DNA of 64,000 nt from a virus, in the IMG/VR virus record IMGVR_UViG_3300014720_000030, positions 1 through 64,000 of that record, one strand, 5' to 3'. The notes under the pieces were generated by a model. It searched no databases. It saw only the letters and a program-made list of their open reading frames with translations, and was not told the DNA's origin. Position numbers and translations under genes: made by a program. This document shows, one piece after another, positions 18,550 to 28,708 of this stretch. How positions within the stretch are numbered: the stretch's first letter is position 1; the number at the start of each line of letters is the position of its first letter.

Positions 18550-19772
18550 TAAGCCCACCTCCCTTTAACTACAACAACATCTTGTGCAGTTAATGTATAT
18601 CCTAACGTTGCAGTATTGAATATGATTGTTTGTGCGGCAACGTCGCTAGGTGTCCACGTATATACTATTTTATCAATATATTGACCGTTAATAAATACAT
18701 CAAATTCATTTTTGCTAGCAACTGTAGTCGTAACTGGATTAATTGCAGCAAATGCTGATATGCTTACGGTAGTTCCAGAAACATAGGTTGCAATTTGTTC
18801 TGTAATGTTTGTTAGGTAATTCATTGCTTGTGCATTGATGCTAACATTAACACCTCCGCCGGATATAATTGCAGTGCCGCCACTCATTATATTAGTTTGC
18901 AGTTGTAACAACTGAGTTGGAATTTCTAATGTTTCAAATATGTTGTTATCAACATCAACAACTTGATCGAATGTTACTTTCTTTATAGAATACATTTTTT
19001 TAATAGTTGACATTCGAACTTCTTGTTCTGATAACAATGTTCCTAAAACAGACAATGGTATTGTTGCACGGACTAATCTATCCTCTCCAATCGTATTTAC
19101 CGTTTCAAATGATATTGATCCAATAGTTGTAGGAAATTTATTTGCATCATTTCCCCAAGAAAACCGACCATATGGTAAAATTTGATCAACTAATTCGTTC
19201 ATTTGAGTGGTAAAATCACACCACAACATCATATCATATTCTACAGTAACATATTTTGGTATATCAATAATATAAAATTGTTCTGATGGTTGCGGATTAT
19301 TTTTTGGAATTGGAAACAATTCATCTTCATATCTATTTCTAGAATTATATTTACTTCGATGTACTATGTAGTTTGCTGCATTAGGTCTATTCACATCCAA
19401 TGTTTTTTGTGCATCTCTTTCTCCTACGGAATTACGTTTTAGCATAATTAATGGAGATTGCAACATGCCCTTTTCATCACGTAAATAGCCTAATCTGCGG
19501 ACATTATCCCATTTTTCTCCGTTTGAAAATATTACTGGGACTGGTATTAATTCTTTATTTGCAGTTACTTGTGGTTGAATTTCATTTTCAATATACCATT
19601 TAATTGCAAAATCAATATCGTAAATTGTACGTTGTTTTGTTCGTACAACATCATCATCTCGACGAGTTTGCATTGCTCTATTTAACAATAGATCAGGAGT
19701 TATTCCTTCCGTTCTTTGCGGATTTGGGTTGTTTGTTTTTCTATCAATATCCTGTCTATTTAATCTAGGCAT
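18549..19772 (-). CDS. tail terminator / sheath stabiliser (T4 gp15-like) with C-terminal extension
   Basis: VPVIF...EKW, PKYVTVEYDMMLW, QMNELVDQI; follows the neck genes. Confidence 0.65.
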   Translation of the reverse strand: MPRLNRQDIDRKTNNPNPQRTEGITPDLLLNRAMQTRRDDDVVRTKQRTIYDIDFAIKWYIENEIQPQVTANKELIPVPVIFSNGEKWDNVRRLGYLRDEKGMLQSPLIMLKRNSVGERDAQKTLDVNRPNAANYIVHRSKYNSRNRYEDELFPIPKNNPQPSEQFYIIDIPKYVTVEYDMMLWCDFTTQMNELVDQILPYGRFSWGNDANKFPTTIGSISFETVNTIGEDRLVRATIPLSVLGTLLSEQEVRMSTIKKMYSIKKVTFDQVVDVDNNIFETLEIPTQLLQLQTNIMSGGTAIISGGGVNVSINAQAMNYLTNITEQIATYVSGTTVSISAFAAINPVTTTVASKNEFDVFINGQYIDKIVYTWTPSDVAAQTIIFNTATLGYTLTAQDVVVVKGRWA

Positions 19773-19774
19773 TA

Positions 19775-20290
19775 TTATCCTTTAAATGAAAATGCATTAT
19801 TTCCGCCACGTCTTAAATTTTTAATACCCAGTGGGGTCTGACGCGTTGCATGTGCATTACACATAACGGAAACGCTATAACCATGGGTATCACCATTTGG
19901 CCACGTTTCTGGATTTTTTCCTACAAAGTATTTGTTTGCATCAATGTTATCCAATTCATAATATTCGTTATCCCAAAATACAATATCTCCAGCTTCTGGA
20001 TAAAATCCTGCTCGTTCTAATAAATCTCGCGAAATGCCAAATGTTAATGTACGAGTATATGAATGGCCATAATCATCCATCGTAGCAGATTTATCATCTT
20101 TTGTAATCATGCATGGTAATAGTATAGAATCATAATATGATTTAGAATCAGATTCTCCGTATATATTAGATTCCGTTGTATCTAAAATCAGTTTATAAAA
20201 TTCAATTTCGGTATCAACAACTGCATTGATTATTTCTCTGTTAATTGATGCTAAAAATTTAGCATCTCGCATTGTTCCAAATAGTGCCAT
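19775..20290 (-). CDS. neck / head closure protein (T4 gp14-like)
   Basis: NIYGES, PEAGDIVFWDNEYYE; gene order. Confidence 0.7.
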   Translation of the reverse strand: MALFGTMRDAKFLASINREIINAVVDTEIEFYKLILDTTESNIYGESDSKSYYDSILLPCMITKDDKSATMDDYGHSYTRTLTFGISRDLLERAGFYPEAGDIVFWDNEYYELDNIDANKYFVGKNPETWPNGDTHGYSVSVMCNAHATRQTPLGIKNLRRGGNNAFSFKG

Positions 20291-20299
20291 AATTTCTCC

Positions 20300-21526
20300 T
20301 TATGCAACATATATTTTTAATGGAATCTTTGCTTGCATTTCTAATAACTGTGTTGCTTCTGCATTTTGACGCGTCATCATTTGTTCCCGAGTCATTTTTT
20401 CTAAAAATTCTCGAAGCTGTGTTATCAACGCCTCTTTTTCCGTTTGTCCTTGCGATGTTAAATCAGCACCATTCATTGTCACTTCGCCATTTGGAATAGG
20501 AATACTACTATATTTGTTTCGTACATAACCTAACATTTCTTTTGTCAAAGCCAATGCATATCTAAATATCCACGCACGCCCCATATCATTAATTCTGCTG
20601 TATGTTTGGTATTTATATGGTATATTTGATGCGTCCGTAATAACACCTCGCATAAGTGCTGTATTGCCAAATAAGACGCCTTCATTTGTTTTTGCTTCTT
20701 CAAAAATAACATCAACCAATACTTTATCAAAAAATGGGGTTGCTGATGAAGATCCGGTTGGTCGTACTGGCACTGGCCAAAATTTTATATCATCTCCATG
20801 TATTTCAAATGAATATTGCGACTTACGTATTTGATCATTAAATTCAATTGATTGTAGTCTCATTAAATCTGCATGAATCGGCATCATCATAAATGATACG
20901 GATGGAGAAAATCCTCCAAAATCAAATGAATCAAGTAATTGTTGAGACCCTAAACCAGTTCCAACAAATGGATCAAAATATCGTACGATTGCCGGAGGTG
21001 CATTATGTATCACTCGTTTAATTTCTACGGAACTAGTTGTTAGTATAATACCTAATGATTTAGATACTGCAGTTTTTATACTATATGTTTGTTTGCCCGG
21101 TTCTATATCAAATGTTATTCTGGTCCATGGTTGATGCCCTCCGCTATCTGCTTCAGTACCATATGTTTTTGATAATTTAGATATATATCCAAATGAATTT
21201 CCAACTAATGCATCAGTAAAACTATTATTAGTTAAAAAACTAGATCCAGTTTGAACGCCGAGAGTATTTAATAAATTGTTAGAAATATTTACTTGATTTA
21301 CTTGATTTGAATATTCTACAACTGCCGCTTCAAATGCAGTATAAAAATTTACTGCTACCAATTCGACATCTAATATAGGATAGCCTAATGTTTGTGCTGC
21401 CATTTTTGCAAATTTATCTGCATGTTGCGCAAACGTAGCATCTGTGTCAAAAAATCCAAATGGAGTACTACCAGTATTAAACGAAGAACTTCCAGGCCAT
21501 ATGGGCCTATTTTCTGAATAATCCAT
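20300..21526 (-). CDS. neck / head-tail adaptor (T4 gp13-like)
   Basis: LGYPILDVEL, WIFRYALALTKEMLGYVRNKY, IPNGEVTMNG. Confidence 0.8.
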   Translation of the reverse strand: MDYSENRPIWPGSSSFNTGSTPFGFFDTDATFAQHADKFAKMAAQTLGYPILDVELVAVNFYTAFEAAVVEYSNQVNQVNISNNLLNTLGVQTGSSFLTNNSFTDALVGNSFGYISKLSKTYGTEADSGGHQPWTRITFDIEPGKQTYSIKTAVSKSLGIILTTSSVEIKRVIHNAPPAIVRYFDPFVGTGLGSQQLLDSFDFGGFSPSVSFMMMPIHADLMRLQSIEFNDQIRKSQYSFEIHGDDIKFWPVPVRPTGSSSATPFFDKVLVDVIFEEAKTNEGVLFGNTALMRGVITDASNIPYKYQTYSRINDMGRAWIFRYALALTKEMLGYVRNKYSSIPIPNGEVTMNGADLTSQGQTEKEALITQLREFLEKMTREQMMTRQNAEATQLLEMQAKIPLKIYVA

Positions 21527-21549
21527 TATACTCCTTTTTTATATAAATA

Positions 21550-22215
21550 TCAATACGTTTCGTTTAGGAGTTTTAAAATTTCATTTAATGATTCATGTCT
21601 ATGATTGTCTAATAATATGATTTCATTAACGTATTTTGATTTGGTTAATTTAGGTACTTCATGCACTGCAGAATCATTTCCAAATTTTAAGTCTATTTGA
21701 TATCGATCGCCTGTAAGTATCATGATGCTTTCTTTTCCTAAACGAGATACAACCATTTGAAGTTGTTGTTTAGTTAAGTTTTGAAATTCATCTACAATAC
21801 AAATTGCATGATCAAACGTACGGCCTCGAAAGTGTGCTAAAGAAACTAATTCAATTTGTTCTTCTCGTTCCATTTTATCTAAAATATCTGGTTTATTATA
21901 TACTTTACGCATATTGCTACGCAAAGGAACTAACCATGGATCCATTTTTTCTGCTAATGACCCGGGAAGAAATCCGTTATCTTCATTTGATACAGTTGGC
22001 CTTGTTATAATAATTTTGTTGATTTGTCTTTTAAAAAACATATCTAATGCAACTTGTACTGCTAACAAAGTTTTACCAGAACCCGCTTTACCTAAAATAA
22101 AATTAAAAGGCGTTTGCAATATTTTTGATTTTGCTTGTTTTTGTTCTTCTGACAATGTAATTGAAAATTTAACATCAGTTTTTGGTGGAGTTTTTTCTCG
22201 ATTTTGTGTAGACAT
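21550..22215 (-). CDS. phoH: PhoH-family ATPase
   Basis: GKAGSGKT, ITRP, GFLPG, RGRTF, DEFQN, GDRYQID. Confidence 0.95.
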   Translation of the reverse strand: MSTQNREKTPPKTDVKFSITLSEEQKQAKSKILQTPFNFILGKAGSGKTLLAVQVALDMFFKRQINKIIITRPTVSNEDNGFLPGSLAEKMDPWLVPLRSNMRKVYNKPDILDKMEREEQIELVSLAHFRGRTFDHAICIVDEFQNLTKQQLQMVVSRLGKESIMILTGDRYQIDLKFGNDSAVHEVPKLTKSKYVNEIILLDNHRHESLNEILKLLNETY

Positions 22216-22224
22216 AAAATAACC

Positions 22225-22500
22225 TTAAAATAATTTTGTAAGCGTTGTTTGTAAAAGAGTCATATCTTTCAATGTTTCAATTTTTCCCAAACACATTTTT
22301 CGTATAGCAAAAAACGTTTGTTTTGGCGGATATGCGGTCATAACTTTTATTTTGATTAGTTCTTTATCTGGGCCTAGGTCTCGTTCTATATGAACCATCA
22401 AAACCATTCGTATAGCTCGAATTCGATCTAGTACATCGATAAGTCGACCAGCATATCGTATTTCCGCAAACATCTCGTATTTATGTCTTTCTACTGCCAT
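22225..22500 (-). CDS. small hypothetical protein (start revised to MAVERH)
   Basis: AAAGGA SD and late box at 22512-22520 precede this ATG. Confidence 0.7.
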   Translation of the reverse strand: MAVERHKYEMFAEIRYAGRLIDVLDRIRAIRMVLMVHIERDLGPDKELIKIKVMTAYPPKQTFFAIRKMCLGKIETLKDMTLLQTTLTKLF

Positions 22501-22529
22501 GTTTCCTTTAATATAAATATACAATCAGT

Positions 22530-22556
22530 AAAAAAGGGTGACCGAAGCCACCCTTT
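22530..22556 (-). terminator. intrinsic terminator after major capsid gene
   Basis: AAAGGGTGGC-TTCG-GTCACCCTTT followed by TTT. Confidence 0.85.
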
Positions 22557-22606
22557 CCGTTTTAATTAGTTAATTCGTTAAATTAAAAGCTAATCGAAGT
22601 TAACTA

Positions 22607-24253
22607 TTAAAGCGTGTTAAGACCGTGTACGTATACTTTTCCGTAGAATTCTGGACGAACTACTTGCTTCGCGTAACGTGTCATGACACCTTTACGCGGA
22701 GTGAAGTTCACCGGATCATATACAAGCGGAGTCATAATTAATGGAATATAAGGAGCAAATACAGCACCTGTTTCAAGGAACTGAGAACCTCTGAAGCCCA
22801 TCAAAATTACGTTCTCTAACATGTATGGATTTTTGTATACAGTATAACGGTTATTGATTGAACCAATTTTTTGAACGCCAGCAGCAAATTCCATTTTAGT
22901 TCCATCAGTGTCGGCAGCAAATCCTGGGATAGACTCAAGGATAGTTGCAACTGCAGGAGATGTTACTAAGAAGTTAGCACCACCACGCAATGTTTTCTGA
23001 TGAATTTTATTAGATACTTTTTGCAGTTTAGTACCCAAAGTTTGGAACCAACCACCTTGAGTGCTATAGAATCCATCACCTAAATTTTGGTTAGCTGTAC
23101 CAGCAGCAAGAGTTTGGAAAGCTGAACCGTCCCATATGGTGTTGTTTCGAGCTGACCAAAATTCAGTGGTTGGAGCTGCGGCAATCAACATATCAAGGAT
23201 CTCAAGATCGATTTCCATTGATACATACTCAGAAAGCATTGAAGTCAATTCAGCTTCAGCATCAATTGAGTGGTATGCGTTCAAGTCTTGAGCAAATTCA
23301 GGTGTCCATACAGCCTTTAACTTACGTGTTTTAGCAACAATTGGGTTAGACTGCATTTCAAGATTGATTTCTGGAATATCGATATCAGTATTGTATCCGT
23401 TTCCGTAAGCACCTTTATTGTCTTCAAAATCACCTCTAGTAATATCGGTAGGCTGTTTGCTATAATTCAAACCAAAGTTACCCGCATTAATTGCTAATTG
23501 AAGTGCAGTTGCTTGAGTTGTTGTTACAACAAATGATGCAGTGTAATTGCTGTTAATTGTTGAAAATGCTTGTACTGGGGCAATTTCTGTACTAGCTGAT
23601 CCAGAACGAAATGTCCATGAACGAACTGCATATAAATCTGCATTCGTAGGAACGTTGATTGTCAACATTTTGTATGAAGCTGAACCAGAATAAGTTGAAT
23701 CTCCATTTACTTGAGCAGTGGTTGGTGTTGAACCAGTAGCTGCAGTTACAAGTGAAGATGTTTCGTTAATTGAATAACCAAAACGTCCTGCACCATAAAG
23801 ACCTCCGCTTGGATCACCAGTTGTAGTAGTAACACCAAACATTGAGTCATCTGCATTAGGAGAACCAAATGGATCACCTGTTCTGTTGTTGTTGTCGTCA
23901 TCGAATCCTGGCTGAGCTGTACCATATTTAAAGTCTAGATAAAATATAAGACCTGATGGCAAGTTCATTGGCTGAACTGAAACGAATTCTTTTGCAGCAA
24001 ATTCAGCAAAGATACGTCGTACCAATGGAAGTGCTACACCTGCCCACTCTTCAGATCCTTGTGCGGTACCTGTTTGTGAAGCTTCTTTTACTAATTGACG
24101 AGCTTGGTTCTCAAGTAACTGAGACATACCAGCACGTTCGGTCTCACCACGAAGACCTTCTAATAGACCTGTTCTTTCCCACTTTGCAGCTAAAGCTTTT
24201 GCATTGTTTCGTTGAACAAAGTCATTTGTTTGAAGTAAGTTTGAAATACTCAT
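22607..24253 (-). CDS. major capsid protein (T4 gp23-like)
   Basis: VQPMNLPSGLIF, AKTRKLKAVWTPEFAQDLNAYH.IDAEAEL, APYIPL, FTPRKGVMTRY. Confidence 0.97.
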   Translation of the reverse strand: MSISNLLQTNDFVQRNNAKALAAKWERTGLLEGLRGETERAGMSQLLENQARQLVKEASQTGTAQGSEEWAGVALPLVRRIFAEFAAKEFVSVQPMNLPSGLIFYLDFKYGTAQPGFDDDNNNRTGDPFGSPNADDSMFGVTTTTGDPSGGLYGAGRFGYSINETSSLVTAATGSTPTTAQVNGDSTYSGSASYKMLTINVPTNADLYAVRSWTFRSGSASTEIAPVQAFSTINSNYTASFVVTTTQATALQLAINAGNFGLNYSKQPTDITRGDFEDNKGAYGNGYNTDIDIPEINLEMQSNPIVAKTRKLKAVWTPEFAQDLNAYHSIDAEAELTSMLSEYVSMEIDLEILDMLIAAAPTTEFWSARNNTIWDGSAFQTLAAGTANQNLGDGFYSTQGGWFQTLGTKLQKVSNKIHQKTLRGGANFLVTSPAVATILESIPGFAADTDGTKMEFAAGVQKIGSINNRYTVYKNPYMLENVILMGFRGSQFLETGAVFAPYIPLIMTPLVYDPVNFTPRKGVMTRYAKQVVRPEFYGKVYVHGLNTL

Positions 24254-24284
24254 GTTTTCCTTTGTTTTTTGTTTTTTTTTTGTT

Positions 24285-25325
24285 TTACAATAATCCTGCT
24301 AATTTTTTCCATCTGTTAGCTAATTCAAAGCCTTCAGACAAAACTTGCGTTGTTGCTACACTTGGTGCTGTAGTTGTAACTGGTTTAGAAGCTGCAGAAT
24401 ATGATTCTTTAACTATTCGCTTCTTAGTTGTTGGTCGTTTAAAACTTTCAGCTAATGTAGTAAATACTAATTTTGTTTCCCTTGTATTGCTTGCTCTATC
24501 AAAATTTTCAATTACTTTCATTTTTTGAGCTTCAGTCAATTCAAAGTTTCGGAACAATTTGTTAGTGTAAAGAAGTTTTGCATTAAGAAGATTTACTTCG
24601 TTGATAACTGATTGAAGACGTTTAACCGTACGATATGCTTCTTGAAGTTCTTTTTCTTGTTTTTCAATTTTGTCTTCCATTTCTTGCACTACATCGTCTT
24701 CTGGTCCGAATGCATCTGGATCTTGTTCGGCATCCATTTCGCGAAGAATTGACTCGATAATTTCATTAACATCATCTTCATCATCTTCATACATTTCGTT
24801 AGTCATATCCTCATCCTCATCTTCATAATACATCCCTTCGTTTGGCATATCAACATCTAATTCATCTTCTTCTCCCATCATATCATCTTCTAATTCTCGG
24901 ATGATTGATTCTAGATTTAGATCTTCAGGTGCATCTTCCATACCCATACCTTCGTTGTACTCGGCAGACATTTCTTCTTCAGATGCTGGTTCTTCATCAG
25001 ATACCATTTCTTCGCCTTCTTCACCTGCCATTCCTACTTGAAAAGAATAATCATTGCCGCCAACTGATGCTGACAATGAATCATCTGTCCAAGTAAAATC
25101 ATCACCACCCATCTCTTCTGTTCCTGCCTCTACACCTGTATCTACAGCTGCATCGGCCATTTCTTCATCTTCGCCTTCAATCTCAGTTGTTAGTTTAGTA
25201 GCTAACATTTCTTTGATTCTTGGCGAAAATGCTTCTTGTAAAGCAATCTTTGCGTTTGCTAAAGCAGTTTCTTTAACAGCTTTTGCATCAGCAATTGCTT
25301 GTTTAAGCAAGTCTGATTTTGCCAT
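24285..25325 (-). CDS. prohead core/scaffold protein (gp22-like)
   Basis: Very acidic, coiled-coil, immediately upstream of the capsid gene; NEVNLLNAKLLY; ends RWKKLAGL. Confidence 0.8.
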   Translation of the reverse strand: MAKSDLLKQAIADAKAVKETALANAKIALQEAFSPRIKEMLATKLTTEIEGEDEEMADAAVDTGVEAGTEEMGGDDFTWTDDSLSASVGGNDYSFQVGMAGEEGEEMVSDEEPASEEEMSAEYNEGMGMEDAPEDLNLESIIRELEDDMMGEEDELDVDMPNEGMYYEDEDEDMTNEMYEDDEDDVNEIIESILREMDAEQDPDAFGPEDDVVQEMEDKIEKQEKELQEAYRTVKRLQSVINEVNLLNAKLLYTNKLFRNFELTEAQKMKVIENFDRASNTRETKLVFTTLAESFKRPTTKKRIVKESYSAASKPVTTTAPSVATTQVLSEGFELANRWKKLAGLL

Positions 25326-25460
25326 TTTTCTCCTTAAATTTTGTTTTTTGGAAATAAGATTATTTGAAATCTTAATAGAATATAAATAATTAATATGACG
25401 CTATATAAAGAACAAATAGCGTATTCTTACAATAAATATAAGCATGAATTACAAAACAGT

Positions 25461-25490
25461 AAAAAAGTCCTAACATTTCTGCTAGGACTT
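25461..25490 (-). terminator. intrinsic terminator after bS21 gene
   Basis: AAGTCCTAGCA-GAAA-TGTTAGGACTT followed by TTTT. Confidence 0.8.
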
Positions 25491-25509
25491 AAAATAATTT
25501 TAAATTAAT

Positions 25510-25749
25510 TTACATTTTGTTATGCAAATCTTGCATTTTTTGTCGGTATTGTGCTTTAGAAATATCATCTCTGCGTTTAACACTTGGTTTAACAAATGTA
25601 CGATTTTCTTTAACATATTCCAATACTCCTGAAGTTTTTACTCGTTGTTTCCAAGTTCTTAGTGCAAATCCTAAATCTTGATTTACTACGCTAACTGCTT
25701 GTGCATTTCCTGGTACAATGCTTTGGTGTTGTTTTTGTTTTTTATTCAT
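25510..25749 (-). CDS. rpsU: phage-encoded 30S ribosomal protein bS21
   Basis: V.V...DL..ALRTWKQRVKTSGVL...KENRTFVKPSVKRR matches the bS21 pattern (ALRRFK...G.L......F.KPS..RR). Confidence 0.85.
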   Translation of the reverse strand: MNKKQKQHQSIVPGNAQAVSVVNQDLGFALRTWKQRVKTSGVLEYVKENRTFVKPSVKRRDDISKAQYRQKMQDLHNKM

Positions 25750-25758
25750 ATATAACTA

Positions 25759-26238
25759 TTAAATTTTTCCTTGTGGTTTTGCTTGCCGTACATTAAATCT
25801 AAAATGTTTTAATTCTGGTTTTTGAGCTAAATACCCTTGAAGTTTTTGTGATTCTAATGCAGGATCTTGTCCCAATCTAAAATAAAAATATCCAATCTTA
25901 CCAGATGACGATAATGTTTTTTTAATTACGGTAAATCCTTTCCTTTCGGACCAATCTTGAATTTCTTGTGCTACTGCTTCAGCCGTTGCCGGGTCTCGAA
26001 GTACGTATTCTATCCCACCTCGATAATCGGTTAAGTTGTTAACTAATTGTGCTTCTTCTAAATCTGATTCTCCTAGTTGTTTTTGAACTTTTTCCATGGA
26101 ATCGCTTACTGCATCAATCGATGGAGCTAATTCATCAAACGCACCTTTTACTTTAGAAACCATATCGGGATTCGGAAGATCAGACCGTTCGGTTAATCCA
26201 AAAAATTCTCGATATAATTTTTTAAATTTACTCATCAT
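25759..26238 (-). CDS. hypothetical protein
   Basis: 159-aa ORF with several LxE motifs in the N-terminal part. Confidence 0.7.
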   Translation of the reverse strand: MMSKFKKLYREFFGLTERSDLPNPDMVSKVKGAFDELAPSIDAVSDSMEKVQKQLGESDLEEAQLVNNLTDYRGGIEYVLRDPATAEAVAQEIQDWSERKGFTVIKKTLSSSGKIGYFYFRLGQDPALESQKLQGYLAQKPELKHFRFNVRQAKPQGKI

Positions 26239-26246
26239 GCACCTTT

Positions 26247-26275
26247 ATTATAAATAATTTTTTTTCAATATCCAA
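26247..26275 (-). promoter_or_regulatory. sigma70-like promoter TTGGAT-N17-TATAAT driving the 25759..26238 + bS21 unit
   Basis: Exact match; overlaps a TATTTATA late-like box. Confidence 0.7.
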
Positions 26276-26276
26276 T

Positions 26277-26654
26277 TTATCCAACAGAAAAATATCTATT
26301 TAAATGTTGTCCAATATTTTCATATGCTAGAGCCATTCGGTCTTGTGCTTCTTTAAGATCTCGCGCAGCTTGTTCGAAATCACGATAATCTTCATGCATT
26401 CTTTTATTACCTTTTTTATGAGCAACATTGGCCATCCAATCATCACTTTCAGTCATAATTCTATCTGCACGTTCAACTATATTTTTAACGCGTTGTGCAA
26501 TTTCTTCTAAATCACCTTTTCCATAAACCGAATCTCCCATTGCAGAAAAATTTGCAATTTCTTGTACGAATTGTTGCTTTTCTTCGCGAGTTAATGGCTT
26601 AGGTTGATCTTGCATCATAGTTTCTAAAATAAACTTTAAATTTGGTGTTCTCAT
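26277..26654 (-). CDS. hypothetical head-module protein
   Basis: 125 aa; LKFILE leader; C-terminal YENIGQHLNRYF. Confidence 0.7.
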   Translation of the reverse strand: MRTPNLKFILETMMQDQPKPLTREEKQQFVQEIANFSAMGDSVYGKGDLEEIAQRVKNIVERADRIMTESDDWMANVAHKKGNKRMHEDYRDFEQAARDLKEAQDRMALAYENIGQHLNRYFSVG

Positions 26655-27289
26655 TATATTATCCTACATTTACCATCTTCACATAAAATCGAAGTGATTA
26701 TTTCGTTTGTTTTTGCGTATCTATTTGTTTTTATATTATTTTTATTAACTGATTCATGCATGTGCGTAGGACGCATAAAAGCCCCGTGCGTTGATGGATT
26801 TGATACGAAGTCCCAACATATCAATTCAAAATCTTCTTGTACTTCTACTACGCCTTCATTTCGTAATTCTTTTACTGATCCCAAACCCCGTGATGAAATA
26901 CCTAATGTAATACCTGCTCTAAACAGTTCTTTAAGAATCTTACCAGATGGAGTATCTAAAATTTGTACGGCGCCGTTCAAATCATCGCCATTCCACCATA
27001 TTTTTAAAACATTGTGAGAAACGTTATTTAAGTTAACTACTGATGATTCTGGGTGATCTAATTCTCCTAATGCTCTATGTTGATTTATATATTCTTTTTG
27101 ATAACGTTGACATTCTCGTTGTAAAATATGTTTTGGATAAACACGGCCGTTTTGATTTTTAGCGCCTGCTCGTTGCAAAACACCTTGCACAACAAAACCA
27201 CCAGGTAAACCATATGCAGCACCATTTGATTCAGTTAATGAACCAATTGGCTTGAATGGCATATATTCTACTATTAGATGTTTTGACAT
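26654..27289 (-). CDS. prohead protease (T4 gp21-like)
   Basis: NQNGRVYP, ALGELDHP, VSH, GISSRGLGS, DFVSNPS. Confidence 0.95.
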   Translation of the reverse strand: MSKHLIVEYMPFKPIGSLTESNGAAYGLPGGFVVQGVLQRAGAKNQNGRVYPKHILQRECQRYQKEYINQHRALGELDHPESSVVNLNNVSHNVLKIWWNGDDLNGAVQILDTPSGKILKELFRAGITLGISSRGLGSVKELRNEGVVEVQEDFELICWDFVSNPSTHGAFMRPTHMHESVNKNNIKTNRYAKTNEIITSILCEDGKCRII

Positions 27290-27290
27290 T

Positions 27291-27812
27291 TTATTCTCCT
27301 AATGCTCTTACGCGTTCTGATATTTTAATTAATCGTTCTGATATTTTTGTTAATGCTGAATCTACTGCATTACCATAACCATTACGTGCAACACCCGATT
27401 CTGTTTTTAATCGAGTTGCATAATTTACTGTTTGTTCAATTAATTGAAGTTGTTTTGCTACTTCTTTAATTGTATGTTTTATTTTTTGTTCAGGAGTCGT
27501 TTTTGAATCACCTGTTGCATATGTTCGATATGATTCAATAAGTTTTTCATATTTTGAATCCATTGCTTCAGCAACCGTCATTTCGCCAGCTGTTATTGTT
27601 GATTGCTTTGCTTTTCCAACCCAATTAGGTGTTGATATTGGAGCCACTGCAGCTGTAACATTTTGTTCTTCTAATTCTTTATCATCTTGAAGAATAGCAT
27701 GCTTTTTTACTTTTCTTTCATTATCAATATCATCATCTTCATGATCAACTGCATCCAATGATTCTTCTAATTCAATGAACTTGCTTTCTATTTCTTTTAA
27801 TAACGATTTCAT
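27291..27812 (-). CDS. hypothetical head-module protein
   Basis: 173 aa; MKSLLKEIE leader; acidic N-terminus. Confidence 0.7.
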   Translation of the reverse strand: MKSLLKEIESKFIELEESLDAVDHEDDDIDNERKVKKHAILQDDKELEEQNVTAAVAPISTPNWVGKAKQSTITAGEMTVAEAMDSKYEKLIESYRTYATGDSKTTPEQKIKHTIKEVAKQLQLIEQTVNYATRLKTESGVARNGYGNAVDSALTKISERLIKISERVRALGE

Positions 27813-28663
27813 CGATGCACTCCTTGTAATTCCGTAAGCAAATCAAAGTAACGTAACAAAGAAAGAATGTTTGATTCTTTAATTGTTTTCATATTTTCTA
27901 CAGTGCATAACATTTCTGAAAGTTTTTGAACTTTTATTTTTGTAGCTCGATCTGTGATTAACTTTGCTTGTCCGGCAAGTTGTTTTTTAATACTTGGTAT
28001 AATTTGCTCTATATATTCTTTTAGTGCAGTCGTATCATTTACATTTGTTATGTATTTATTTAACAATTGTTTTTGCGATTCATTTAAAACAGAATATTTT
28101 TCATTAAATTTATCTACAAGTATTTTATATGCTAAAAGTCGTACTTCTTTTGGTTGATTTTGATATGTTTCATATACTATATCTCTAGTTTCTTTTTTTA
28201 TTGTAGAGACTAAAACGTTGTTTAATATCGCCGATTTACATTCCATTATTTGATTTGGATTATCAGTTTCTGCATATTCAAATAACATGTATATTGATGC
28301 TAATGTTTTGTAATTTGGAATATGGATTTTTGCCATATCTTCAAAAACAAATTTTTCTGAAATTTCTTTTACAAGACTATACTTTTGTCGCTTTAACGTT
28401 TGTTGATTTAATTTGTTATAAGAATCTTTAATTGTTCGAATATAATCTAACGCACGAGCTTCGCTTTTAAATTGTTGTTCTTTTAACAACGAATTATAAA
28501 GTTGTAATTCTTTAGATAATTCAGTATTTCGTCCAAAATATTTTTTAATAATATCTACAGTTACTGTTTTATTCGAAGATAATGTTTCAGATGTTAGCTT
28601 TCTAACTAAAATTTCAAAAAGAATTCCAGTGTTTTTATATTTTGAATGTTTTAATTTTTTCAT
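27809..28663 (-). CDS. hypothetical head-module protein
   Basis: 284 aa between portal and protease; KHSKYKNTGILFE start. Confidence 0.7.
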   Translation of the reverse strand: MKKLKHSKYKNTGILFEILVRKLTSETLSSNKTVTVDIIKKYFGRNTELSKELQLYNSLLKEQQFKSEARALDYIRTIKDSYNKLNQQTLKRQKYSLVKEISEKFVFEDMAKIHIPNYKTLASIYMLFEYAETDNPNQIMECKSAILNNVLVSTIKKETRDIVYETYQNQPKEVRLLAYKILVDKFNEKYSVLNESQKQLLNKYITNVNDTTALKEYIEQIIPSIKKQLAGQAKLITDRATKIKVQKLSEMLCTVENMKTIKESNILSLLRYFDLLTELQGVHR

Positions 28664-28708
28664 CGCTTCCTTGTACAGTATCTCGATTTTAAATAAATAT
28701 GTTTGAAT

